NCBI GenBank assembly: GCA_043765375.1
Contig: JAYUJH010000016.1
Coordinates: forward strand, 27,846 to 91,845
DNA: 64,000 nucleotides
Source of the DNA: Alphaproteobacteria bacterium
Lineage (GTDB): Bacteria; Pseudomonadota; Alphaproteobacteria; Rickettsiales; UBA998
Reading direction: 5' to 3'
Shown here: positions 9,404-18,454 of the stretch, piece after piece
How positions within the stretch are numbered: position 1 is the first letter of the stretch
Layout: every line of letters begins with the position of its first letter
The notes under the pieces: model-generated
Database searches by the model: none
Told to the model about the DNA's origin: nothing
Seen by the model: only the letters and a program-made list of their open reading frames with translations
Made by a program: the position numbers and the translations under genes

Positions 9404-11299
9404 ATGGCTAAATATAATCAATCCAACTTTATGCCACTAAAATATTCTCACGGTTTTTCACTGATTGAGTTGTCAATAGTGTTGGTTATTATTGCTATCA
9501 TCGCAGGAATGAGTATGTCCATTGGGTTAACTCAAATGAAAATCGCTAAGGTGAGCAACACTGAAAACACTATTGATAATGTCAAAATCGCCCTTGCTAC
9601 TTATAAAGCCAAAGCAGGACGCTTACCTTGCCCTGCCAACCCCACACTTGGCACAACTGCACCGAATTATGGCTTGGAGGCTGCACCTTGTGATGTGGCT
9701 TGCCCCGCTGGTTTGACTTGCCCAGATGCAGTGCAGGCGCAAGGAGCAATTCCATTCAAAACTATTAATCTTTCAGAATCTGCGGCTTATGATTCATGGA
9801 ATAACAAGTTGAGCTATATTGTGGATAGATCATTAACTATGAGTGCGAACGCAAGTGATGATGGTCACATTCCGATTATGGATAGCAACGCTAACGAAAT
9901 AACCAACTCGCCAGTATTTGGTAAAGTAACTTATGTAGTGCTAAGCCATGGTGCAGACGGCAAAGGAGCTTATACAAATGGGGGAGTTTTGCGTGCCGCT
10001 TGTGGAGTTACGGAGGGAGATAGTGAAAATTGCAATGGTGACGCGGTTATAACATCTCGCGCCGTCAACGCATCTAGCAATGTTGCCAATAGCGCCAATT
10101 TTTATGATGATTATGTTGAGTGGGAGGTGCAGAAACATATCGTCCGATTCCCTACATTTGAAGAAATGTCAGTTAGCCAATCAGTTTGGGTGGGAGAACA
10201 AAATACATGCGTAATAAAAGAAGATGGACAAATCGCTTGCACTGGTTCAAATGGTTTTGGAGAACATGGAATTGGTAATTATAGTTCATCAAATGTTTTT
10301 AGAAACATTTCAGGCGGTGATAATTTTCATTCAATTGGTCATGGTGATAACAATGCCGTTTGTGCGATTAGGGATGATAATTTAGCACTATGCTGGGGAC
10401 AGAATTATCGGAATAGCATAAGCATATTAGGAATTAATAGCAACGTTTCTTATCAATTGACTCCCACTTTGATATATGGCGGGTATACTAATTGGACTTA
10501 TGCCATGGTTGATACCGATGGTGGATGTGGAATTATCAGCGGGGTAGCTTATTGTTGGGGAGACAATGCAAATGGACAAATTGGTGATGGAACTAGTTCT
10601 GCTAGTCCATTTCCAGTTTTAGTTTCGGGTGGATTTAATGATTGGAAAAAAATATCAACTGGTGGTGGTAGTCCGAGCACTTTTTCATGTGGGATACGCG
10701 CTAATGGTAAAATATATTGCTGGGGAGGGGGATCTTTAGGGCATATAGGCAATGGCACTCTGAGCGATTATAATACTCCGCAGGAAGTTTTGCAAGATAA
10801 CGGTTTATCTCCTGGTTTTTCAGATTGGAAGTTTTTGCGGGGCAATGGTTCAGCAAATTGCGCAATAAGAGCAGGGGGTCTGCTTTATTGCTGGGGTAAA
10901 AATAATGAAGGGCAAATTGGTGATGGCACTACAACAAACCGCTCACTCCCTGTTCGTATTGGGTTGCCATATAATGATTGGCGCGCAGTATGGTCTGGAG
11001 CAGCTAGCACTTGTGCTATTCGTGGGCAAGGATTACTTTATTGCTGGGGTAAAAACGATAAAGCTCAAGCAACGGGAGTGGTGAGTGGTAACATATTAAC
11101 GCCAACGCCAGTTGCCACAACCATTAGGGATTGGAGATATGTTTCCACAAGGGGCTATGCTCATACATGCGGACTTCGTTCAAATGGCAATTTATATTGT
11201 TGGGGCAGTAACGAATATGGGGCATTTGGCAATGGAACAACTAGTAGCACGCCTGCATCACCAACTTTGATAACTGGTATAAAAGGAAAAATATTATGA
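9404..11299 (+). CDS. Prepilin-type N-terminal cleavage/methylation domain + GspG-like pilin domain fused to a 7-repeat RCC1 beta-propeller (paralog A)
   Basis: The class III signal is G17|FSLIE22 followed by the hydrophobic helix LSIVLVIIAIIAG. A pilin-like DSWNNKLSY motif is present (compare DPWGNPY of GspG). Seven repeats of the C.(I/L)R..G.LYCWG.N..GQ(I/L)GDG type fill the C-terminal half. Confidence 0.8.
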   Translation: MAKYNQSNFMPLKYSHGFSLIELSIVLVIIAIIAGMSMSIGLTQMKIAKVSNTENTIDNVKIALATYKAKAGRLPCPANPTLGTTAPNYGLEAAPCDVACPAGLTCPDAVQAQGAIPFKTINLSESAAYDSWNNKLSYIVDRSLTMSANASDDGHIPIMDSNANEITNSPVFGKVTYVVLSHGADGKGAYTNGGVLRAACGVTEGDSENCNGDAVITSRAVNASSNVANSANFYDDYVEWEVQKHIVRFPTFEEMSVSQSVWVGEQNTCVIKEDGQIACTGSNGFGEHGIGNYSSSNVFRNISGGDNFHSIGHGDNNAVCAIRDDNLALCWGQNYRNSISILGINSNVSYQLTPTLIYGGYTNWTYAMVDTDGGCGIISGVAYCWGDNANGQIGDGTSSASPFPVLVSGGFNDWKKISTGGGSPSTFSCGIRANGKIYCWGGGSLGHIGNGTLSDYNTPQEVLQDNGLSPGFSDWKFLRGNGSANCAIRAGGLLYCWGKNNEGQIGDGTTTNRSLPVRIGLPYNDWRAVWSGAASTCAIRGQGLLYCWGKNDKAQATGVVSGNILTPTPVATTIRDWRYVSTRGYAHTCGLRSNGNLYCWGSNEYGAFGNGTTSSTPASPTLITGIKGKIL

Positions 11300-13233
11300 C
11301 AACTCAATTCTTAGTTAAATATTCATCATCTCAAGCAAAACAATATGGTTTCTCCCTTGTTGAACTATCCATCATCATTGCGGTGTTTGCTGTTGTGATT
11401 ACGTCATTGCTTTCTGGCAGTGGCATCAAAACTGAAAATAGTGATGTTATATCAGTCAAAGCGGAGCTTGATAATGTTGAGTCGGCACTAGCATTTTTTC
11501 AAAAAAGCAATGGTTTTCTGCCCTGCCCTGCTAGCCGCACCGCCGCCCCGAGCAATGCAGCTTATGGGGTGAGTGTGGATTGCACCAACACCGCTGCCAA
11601 CCCCGCAGATGGGACGATTAATATAGGGGCAAGCGGTGATATTTATCAGGTTCGGGTGGGGACAATTCCAACTCGCACCCTCGGGCTTGCTGATTCCGCC
11701 GCATTAGACCCGTGGGGTAATCGTTTGAGTTATATGATTATTCGTTCATTAGGAGTGAGTTCTACGTCATACTCCAGCTTCAACCCAACGCAAAACACAG
11801 ACTTTTTTCAAATTGTTAACAAGACTAGAGCGGTAATTTATGGCAGCAACACTTCAGAAATCGTTAAATATGCAGTGTTAAGCCATGGTGCAGATGGGCA
11901 AGGCGCATTCAACAAAAATGGTATTCAGGGGCTTGCTTGCGGTGGCTCTGCTGCTGATGCAGAAAATTGTAACGCAACCAAGCAAATCATGGTTGATGGC
12001 GTGAGTGATGTGGTGCAAACAAATAATTCAACATATTATAATGATTATGTTCGCTATGGTGGCGCTACTGCACCATTCCCCCCCCCCCCTATAGCATCAA
12101 CTGGAGCGATATTTATTGCGACGCACTCACGTGGCACTTGCATCATCACGGGCGATGGCAAATTATTATGCACGGGCTATAATGATAATGCGCTAACTGG
12201 TAGGGGGCATCATAACAACACCATACTCACCACCATTTTTGAGGAAATTATCGGTGGGGGTAAATGGCGAACCGTTAATTTGGGATATAACACCACCGCA
12301 TGTGGCATTAAAGATGATAATAGAATATATTGCTGGGGTGATAATGTTTATGGCGCACTGGGAAACCTGCCTGTTGGCTTGAATCAATTCAAGGATAATC
12401 CAACAGAAATTGATGGAGGATATAATGATTGGACGGCGTTAAGTGCGGAAGATGCGATGAGTTGCGGCATTCGTGATGGTGGCAAACTTTTTTGCTGGGG
12501 AACTGGATATTATGGCAATGTTGCCTCAACTGGGCAGGAATTAAGCGCAATTCCTAAACGAGCTGCCGACGCATATAATAATTTTGTCGCAGTTAGTGTT
12601 TCTGATTGGTCCCCTTTATATGTTAGTATTTGTGGAATTACAACTGATGGAAAACTCTATTGTTGGGGTGATAACTCCCTCGGCACACTCGGTGATGACA
12701 CATGGGTTGCTAAACTAGAACCAGTTGAAGTGATGACTTCCCATTATGGTGGCATAGCAGATTGGCAAAATGTTGATATTGGACATGGTAATGTTTGCGC
12801 AGTCAGAGCAAGTGGGCAGCTTTATTGTTGGGGCAATGCGGATAGAGGCGGAATTGGCTATGGCTGGGCTTCCCCCGCCTATCCTAATTTGAAAAAACCA
12901 TTAGCATTGCAAGGTGGGAAACCAACGCCGTTCATTGCATTAGCGCACGGCAATTCATGTGGTGCAAGCGGTGGCATTGCCTATTGCGCAGGTAAAGATG
13001 ATTATGGGCAATCAACAGGAGAAGCAACTTGGGACGCAACGGGATATAAACCAGTGGTGCTTGGCGGGGCTATTAACAACTTTAGATATGTTAGCCCGAG
13101 TGGTGGCAATCACACATGCGGATTGACAACCAATGGCAAATTATATTGCTGGGGGATTAATGATCTAGGACAATTCGGCGATGGTGCAACTTCGCCTTTA
13201 GTTGCACCACCAACATTAATTGCACTGCCTTAA
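11296..13233 (+). CDS. Prepilin-type N-terminal domain + GspG-like pilin domain fused to a 7-repeat RCC1 beta-propeller (paralog B)
   Basis: The class III signal is G18|FSLVE23 plus a hydrophobic helix. The motif DPWGNRLSY is present, along with seven RCC1-type repeats (for example TDGKLYCWGDNSLGTLGDD). The start overlaps the stop of paralog A by 4 nt (ATGA). Confidence 0.8.
   Translation: MTTQFLVKYSSSQAKQYGFSLVELSIIIAVFAVVITSLLSGSGIKTENSDVISVKAELDNVESALAFFQKSNGFLPCPASRTAAPSNAAYGVSVDCTNTAANPADGTINIGASGDIYQVRVGTIPTRTLGLADSAALDPWGNRLSYMIIRSLGVSSTSYSSFNPTQNTDFFQIVNKTRAVIYGSNTSEIVKYAVLSHGADGQGAFNKNGIQGLACGGSAADAENCNATKQIMVDGVSDVVQTNNSTYYNDYVRYGGATAPFPPPPIASTGAIFIATHSRGTCIITGDGKLLCTGYNDNALTGRGHHNNTILTTIFEEIIGGGKWRTVNLGYNTTACGIKDDNRIYCWGDNVYGALGNLPVGLNQFKDNPTEIDGGYNDWTALSAEDAMSCGIRDGGKLFCWGTGYYGNVASTGQELSAIPKRAADAYNNFVAVSVSDWSPLYVSICGITTDGKLYCWGDNSLGTLGDDTWVAKLEPVEVMTSHYGGIADWQNVDIGHGNVCAVRASGQLYCWGNADRGGIGYGWASPAYPNLKKPLALQGGKPTPFIALAHGNSCGASGGIAYCAGKDDYGQSTGEATWDATGYKPVVLGGAINNFRYVSPSGGNHTCGLTTNGKLYCWGINDLGQFGDGATSPLVAPPTLIALP
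12078..12089 (+). repeat. C12 homopolymer tract inside paralog B, encoding FPPPP at the pilin/propeller hinge
   Basis: Read directly: cca ttc ccc ccc ccc cct. It is the longest homopolymer I noticed in the window. Confidence 0.85.
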
Positions 13234-13237
13234 TTAT

Positions 13238-13289
13238 GTGAGGAGGAGGGGAGATGAGATTTTTGAGTTCGTCATAGCAGCCTCCTCAC
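13238..13289. repeat. Inverted repeat (gtgaggagg ... cctcctcac) with an embedded GAGTTCGTCATA repeat head, between convergent genes
   Basis: The 9-bp arms lie at about 13238-13246 and 13281-13289, and the right arm overlaps the stop codon of the glycosyltransferase. The 34-nt loop is too large for a canonical intrinsic terminator. Confidence 0.45.
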
Positions 13290-14467
13290 CCCTCTAAAAT
13301 CTCACCATAAATATCTAATGTTTTTTGCTGCATCGCTTGCAGCGAGAAATTATTTATCACATTAGTTTCTGCAAGGTAGCGCATCTCAGATTTGCGCTCA
13401 TCACTCATGCTCAACGCCTCATTAATTGCACTAGTAATCGCCGTAAAATCATCAGACGGAACAAGCCACCCTGTGCTGCCATGCAAAATTGTTTCACACG
13501 CACCGCCGTGATTAGTGGCGATAACCAACTTCGCCATCGCCCCCGCTTCCGCTGCAACTCGCCCGAAAGCCTCAGGTTTTTGCGACGGACAAAGCACCAA
13601 CTCACACAAAGCATAAGCCTCGGGCATGGCGTTGGTTGCTGGAACAAAACGCACATTTGCACCCAAATCAAGCTGCACTGTAAGCTGTTGTAATTCCTGA
13701 TAATATTTAGGGTGCTTATCCGCATCACCTGAGAAAATACAGAAAAAATCTCGGTGCGGCAAGGCATGGAGCGCACGCAAAACCATATCCTGCCCCTTCC
13801 AACGGGTGAACCTTGCGGGCATAAATAATATTGGTTTATCCACCTCAACCAGCTTCCATTCCTGCAATAACCGCCCGATATTCGCCTCCGCAATATTGGC
13901 TGGATTGAACTTATCTAAGTCAACCCCCCGATGGATAACTCGCACCACATTATCGCCAACATCGTAATTACGCCAAATATGTTCAGCGATAAAATTGGAT
14001 ACCGCAATCACTTTTTCACCCCTTGTCATTATGGCATTATATCGCTTGCGCAAATTGGCAAATGGTGGTTGCAAGCCATAAAGCCCATGAAATGTGGTCA
14101 CAAACTTAGTATTGGTGGCCTTGCAAGCAGCAAGCGCACTCCAAGCGGGCGCACGAGAGCGAGCATGAACGAGGCTGACTTTATGTTTGCGTATCAATTG
14201 TTGCAATGCAAAATTATTCTGCCAAATGCTCAGTGGATTTTTGGAATGAACGGGCAGTTGCACGTGAATTGCTCCCATTTTTTGCAACGCCTCCACCTGC
14301 CTGCCCCCGTTTGAAACCACAATCGCCGTTGCCCCCGCATTAATAATCGCCTGCGCAATATCAATCGTCCCCCGTTCCACCCCCCCCATATTTAAGGCAG
14401 GCAATATTTGCATAATGGTTTTACCATTTAGAGAAAAAGCTATGGTTCTGTTGGTGAGGTTATTCAT
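13286..14467 (-). CDS. Glycosyltransferase family 4 (GT-B fold)
   Basis: A GGVERG N-terminal motif is present. The C-terminal EAFGRVAAEAGAMAKLVIATNHGGACETI segment is the E-x7-E region typical of GT4/GT1. Confidence 0.8.
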   Translation of the reverse strand: MNNLTNRTIAFSLNGKTIMQILPALNMGGVERGTIDIAQAIINAGATAIVVSNGGRQVEALQKMGAIHVQLPVHSKNPLSIWQNNFALQQLIRKHKVSLVHARSRAPAWSALAACKATNTKFVTTFHGLYGLQPPFANLRKRYNAIMTRGEKVIAVSNFIAEHIWRNYDVGDNVVRVIHRGVDLDKFNPANIAEANIGRLLQEWKLVEVDKPILFMPARFTRWKGQDMVLRALHALPHRDFFCIFSGDADKHPKYYQELQQLTVQLDLGANVRFVPATNAMPEAYALCELVLCPSQKPEAFGRVAAEAGAMAKLVIATNHGGACETILHGSTGWLVPSDDFTAITSAINEALSMSDERKSEMRYLAETNVINNFSLQAMQQKTLDIYGEILEG

Positions 14468-15273
14468 GATCTGTATTGTGTAAAATCATCTGTGAGTGAG
14501 CTAAAATCAAACTCTGATTTAATTGAATTAATAGTTTTATCTATCCTTTGTTGAATTATCTGATAATAATCAGGATTGATTTCATATGCAATGTATCTTC
14601 TTCCATTTCTTATGCAAGACTCCACAGTTGTTCCAGAGCCAGCAAATGGGTCACAAACAACACCACCAACAGGGCAACTAGCTTTTATTATTCTATCAAT
14701 AATTTCAAGTGGCTTTTGTGTTGGGTGATTTTCACGCTGCGCATGTATCTTATGCAACCTAGAAACTGCCCATAAATCTTTAGGGTTATAACCAACTTCT
14801 AGCCATTTTTTCCCAACAAATATTGACCTGCTCCTAGCTTTTTTTGTTTCTTCATCGTATGCTATTCTGATTGCATCTAAATCAAAATAATAGTTTTTAT
14901 TTTTAACAAAAAATCCGATAGTATCATGCACAGAAGAGTATTTTCTAACGCTGCCTCCCATACTTGGGACTTTACGATCCCATATAATTTCATTAACCAT
15001 AATCATATGTTTTTTCAAAAATACAAATATTTCAGGGCTATATTTCCAAGTTGTAAAAATATATAAACTGCCAGTTTCTTTGAGTTTAGGTAAAATTAAT
15101 AACAACCATTTTTCTGTCCATTCCAAAAACTCCTTTTCTGGTTTTTTATCAGAATCATTACCATAATCTTTACCCAAACCATAAGGAGGATCAGCCACTA
15201 TTAAATCAAGCGAATTGTCTGGAAGTGCTGCTATTCCGTCTAAAGCATCTATATTTTCTAAAATATTCATCAT
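14464..15273 (-). CDS. Beta-class DNA methyltransferase (N6_N4_Mtase family; DPPY suggests N6-adenine)
   Basis: Motif IV IVADPPYG precedes motif I DPFAGSGTT, and HPTQKP is present. The gene is visibly more AT-rich than its flanks. Confidence 0.85.
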   Translation of the reverse strand: MMNILENIDALDGIAALPDNSLDLIVADPPYGLGKDYGNDSDKKPEKEFLEWTEKWLLLILPKLKETGSLYIFTTWKYSPEIFVFLKKHMIMVNEIIWDRKVPSMGGSVRKYSSVHDTIGFFVKNKNYYFDLDAIRIAYDEETKKARSRSIFVGKKWLEVGYNPKDLWAVSRLHKIHAQRENHPTQKPLEIIDRIIKASCPVGGVVCDPFAGSGTTVESCIRNGRRYIAYEINPDYYQIIQQRIDKTINSIKSEFDFSSLTDDFTQYRS

Positions 15274-15284
15274 ATTTCCTCTAA

Positions 15285-15887
15285 TCAGTTCAATATAATA
15301 CTTTTAGAATGTATTTTTAATAACCCTAAAAAATCCTCACGAGAGCGTAATACTTCTCTATGGTGATATTGTGATTGGATTTTATCGTTTCTAGGATTAA
15401 CATAAATTGGCAAAAATTGTGGACTAAAAACATGCACTGCTTCTTTATCAAAGTGAATAGTTGTATTTTCAAAAGAAAAACCAAAACAACAATATATTAG
15501 CCTATAATCATTGTTAGCCCTATATTGCATATAAAGTTTTTCAACGGCGGCAATATCATTTTTGTTAGCTTTTCCAGCAATGTTATGTATTTTAATATTA
15601 ACAAAATAACGTATATCGTCTTTATACAAAATGCAATCATGCAAACACGTATCAGACATTTCATTATCTACTTTGGTAAGACCAAGAACTTGTTTATGAT
15701 ATCTTGTTTGCTGCGTAATAACCTGCTCAACAATCCATGCAACAGAGCGTGTATGAGGCTTCAAACCATATGGCAATATTTCTGGATTGGTAATATCAAA
15801 AGAAGGAATAATTTTTAACACATTTAAGAATGTATTTTTGACAATTGCCATTTCTTGGTTAATTAGATTTATCTCATCATCAATCAT
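15285..15887 (-). CDS. Candidate type II restriction endonuclease partner of the methyltransferase
   Basis: It lies 11 nt upstream of the methyltransferase on the same strand and is equally AT-rich. A possible PD-(D/E)xK-like segment is DCILYKDDIRYFVNIK. I do not recognise a named enzyme family. Confidence 0.4.
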   Translation of the reverse strand: MIDDEINLINQEMAIVKNTFLNVLKIIPSFDITNPEILPYGLKPHTRSVAWIVEQVITQQTRYHKQVLGLTKVDNEMSDTCLHDCILYKDDIRYFVNIKIHNIAGKANKNDIAAVEKLYMQYRANNDYRLIYCCFGFSFENTTIHFDKEAVHVFSPQFLPIYVNPRNDKIQSQYHHREVLRSREDFLGLLKIHSKSIILN

Positions 15888-15888
15888 C

Positions 15889-16929
15889 TTACTTCCCCTT
15901 GCCCATCACAATATCGCACCAACTTTGATTAGCGAGATACCACTCAATTGTTTGGCGCAAGCCTGTTTCAAAGCCATATTTACGGGTGAAACCAAGCTGT
16001 GCCACCGCCTTGGAATCATCAATTGCATAACGCCTATCATGTCCCTTACGGTCTTGCACATGAGTGATTAATTCTGCATATGTGCCACCATTATCGGGGG
16101 GGCTATTACGAGGACAAAGCTCATCAAGAATTGCACAAATTGCCTGCACCACTTGCATATTATTGCGCTCAGCATTGCCACCAAAACAATAATTCTCACC
16201 TGCAACGCCTTTGCGCCACGCTAGCAACACCCCGTTTGCGTGATCTTCCACATGAATCCAATCACGAATATTCATACCATCGCCATAAACTGGGAGGGCT
16301 TTTGATTGCAACGCATTCATAATCATCAGTGGAATTAGCTTCTCAGGAAATTGCCGCTTGCCATAATTATTGGTGCAGTTGGTGGTGATTGTCGGCAAGC
16401 CATAAGTGTGAAACCACGCTCGCACCAAATGATCAGCGGCGGCTTTGCTCGCTGAATAAGGTGAGTTTGGCGCATATGGATATTCCTCATGAAACTTGCC
16501 CACCTCCCCAAGCGTTCCAAATACTTCATCAGTTGAGATATGCACAAAACGAAATTGCGCTTTATCATGCGGTTGCAAACCTTCATAATAGGCGCGCGCC
16601 GCTTCTAGCAATGTGTAAGTTCCAATAATATTAGTTTGAATAAAGTCATTCGGCGCAAGAATTGAGTTATCCACATGTGATTCTGCGGCAAAATTGAGAA
16701 TTGCATTTGGTTGATGCTTGGCGAATAATCCTGCTACTAACTCACCATCAATGATTGAACCATGCACCAACTCATAAGAATTAGCGGGAAGATGCTCCAA
16801 GTTTTCCGCAAATCCAGCATAGGTTAATGCGTCTAGCACCACCACATAAACGCCCTGCTCCACCAACATTTCCACCGCTGTTGAACCAATAAAACCCGCA
16901 CCACCTGTTAATATCACTTTATTTTGCAT
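15889..16929 (-). CDS. rfbB: dTDP-glucose 4,6-dehydratase
   Basis: The Rossmann motif TGGAGFIGS, the catalytic motif YSASKAA and the segment ISTDEVFG are present, and the length (346 aa) fits. Confidence 0.9.
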   Translation of the reverse strand: MQNKVILTGGAGFIGSTAVEMLVEQGVYVVVLDALTYAGFAENLEHLPANSYELVHGSIIDGELVAGLFAKHQPNAILNFAAESHVDNSILAPNDFIQTNIIGTYTLLEAARAYYEGLQPHDKAQFRFVHISTDEVFGTLGEVGKFHEEYPYAPNSPYSASKAAADHLVRAWFHTYGLPTITTNCTNNYGKRQFPEKLIPLMIMNALQSKALPVYGDGMNIRDWIHVEDHANGVLLAWRKGVAGENYCFGGNAERNNMQVVQAICAILDELCPRNSPPDNGGTYAELITHVQDRKGHDRRYAIDDSKAVAQLGFTRKYGFETGLRQTIEWYLANQSWCDIVMGKGK

Positions 16930-16954
16930 ATAAATTATCTCCCCGCCTCATATG

Positions 16955-17353
16955 TTATTTATTTTGCTCATCGCCCTGATTTGAAAGAATATCCTGCGGA
17001 ACTTCATCTCGCAAAACTTCATCTCCAACAATCACATCTTTGATAATGTCGTCATCTATCGTGCGGACATAAGCATCATTAATGCGCTTAATCCCAATTA
17101 TTCCAGCAATGCCACCAACTAGCAACCCACACAACAAAAATGCAGGTTTGCTATTGAAATATTTATCAAGGTAATAGCCACCAACCCCACCAACGGCGAC
17201 TGTCGCCACTAATTCCGCCACCATATTCAAAGCAACCGAGCTATTTGCATGTGGCTCATTTGGTTTATCCTCCCACACATCACTTTGACGCAAGCCTGCA
17301 ATTTTTGCGCTTAATTGTTCTAATGTCAATTTAGTTTCGTTTGAGTTATCCAT
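16955..17353 (-). CDS. AtpI/AtpZ-like small membrane protein (ATP synthase protein I family), not next to atp genes
   Basis: Two hydrophobic helices (VAELVATVAVGGVGGYYLDKYF and AFLLCGLLVGGIAGIIGI) resemble the alphaproteobacterial AtpI pattern. Confidence 0.4.
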   Translation of the reverse strand: MDNSNETKLTLEQLSAKIAGLRQSDVWEDKPNEPHANSSVALNMVAELVATVAVGGVGGYYLDKYFNSKPAFLLCGLLVGGIAGIIGIKRINDAYVRTIDDDIIKDVIVGDEVLRDEVPQDILSNQGDEQNK

Positions 17354-17370
17354 AAATTAGCCAAAATACA

Positions 17371-18333
17371 CTATTTAACAAAAGAATTATTCAATATAGC
17401 AGCCGCACCAATCAAAGCATTGCGGCTGTGTGAAAGCATGATATAAGTTGGAATGCTACTTATATATTCCTTAAATCTACCCTTTGCTTCAAAACGGCTA
17501 CGAAACGGACTTAAATCAAATAATTCCTCCAATTGTGGAGCAACGCCTCCACCAATATATACCCCACCAAACGCCCCTATATTCAAAGCATGATTGCCCG
17601 CAAAACTGCCAAGCATTCCGCAAAATGTGAATATTGTATCACGACATGACCCAGCACCCATTTTTGCTTGCCATGCAATTTCTTCCGCTTTGAGAGTGAT
17701 TTTTGGCAAATTATGCAATTCCAAACGCAATTCATGCAACAAACTTAAGCCCGTTCCACTGACAAAATCTTCGGTGCGCACATGATTGTTACGCAGCGTT
17801 CGTGCCATTTTGTAAAGCTCAATTTCTTCATCTGTATTAGGGCAGAAATCTGCATTCCCCCCCTCGCCTTGGATTGCCACCCACCCGCCTAGGTGATTAG
17901 GTAATAATCCTGAAACGCCAAGCCCTGTCCCCGGCCCCAACACTGAAATTGGCATATTTGGCGTGACTTTCTGCGCCCCACCAATTTGCTTAACATTTTG
18001 CGCCAATAAATGCGGAACTGACATTGCAAGTGCGGTGAAATCATTGGTTAAGCGCAAATGTTGCAAATGAAAATGCTTTTGATAATCGCTCACCGAGAAT
18101 CGCCAATCAATGTTAGTTAGCGCAACTTCATCAAGATGGGCAGGGCCAGCCACCGCCAAACAAGCATTTATTGGTTCAATTCCAACTTCGGTGATATAAT
18201 GCTCCATCACCTTACCAAGCGATTTGAACCCATCATTTTGATATTTGCGTGGTTCAATCAGCTCCACCTCACCAGCTTTACACATTGCAAAGCGGGAGTT
18301 TGTCCCACCAATATCAGCCACTAAATTATACAT
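17371..18333 (-). CDS. glk: Glucokinase
   Basis: The N-terminal ADIGGTNSRFA motif, the length (320 aa) and the adjacency to edd support the call. Confidence 0.88.
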   Translation of the reverse strand: MYNLVADIGGTNSRFAMCKAGEVELIEPRKYQNDGFKSLGKVMEHYITEVGIEPINACLAVAGPAHLDEVALTNIDWRFSVSDYQKHFHLQHLRLTNDFTALAMSVPHLLAQNVKQIGGAQKVTPNMPISVLGPGTGLGVSGLLPNHLGGWVAIQGEGGNADFCPNTDEEIELYKMARTLRNNHVRTEDFVSGTGLSLLHELRLELHNLPKITLKAEEIAWQAKMGAGSCRDTIFTFCGMLGSFAGNHALNIGAFGGVYIGGGVAPQLEELFDLSPFRSRFEAKGRFKEYISSIPTYIMLSHSRNALIGAAAILNNSFVK

Positions 18334-18364
18334 TATTTATTCTCCGTAAATATTTTGCCCTAAT

Positions 18365-18454
18365 GATTGAAAACCCAAAGGTTAAAGTGCTAAGGATTAA
18401 AATCCTAAAAACTATAGTGCTAAAGATTGAGATACCAAAAGTTAAAACTAAACC
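18365..18454. repeat. Three degenerate ~30-bp tandem repeats between edd and glk
   Basis: The units are gattgaaaacccaaaggttaaagtgctaag / gattaaaatcctaaaaactatagtgctaaa / gattgagataccaaaagttaaaactaaacc. The last unit overlaps the edd stop. Confidence 0.6.
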
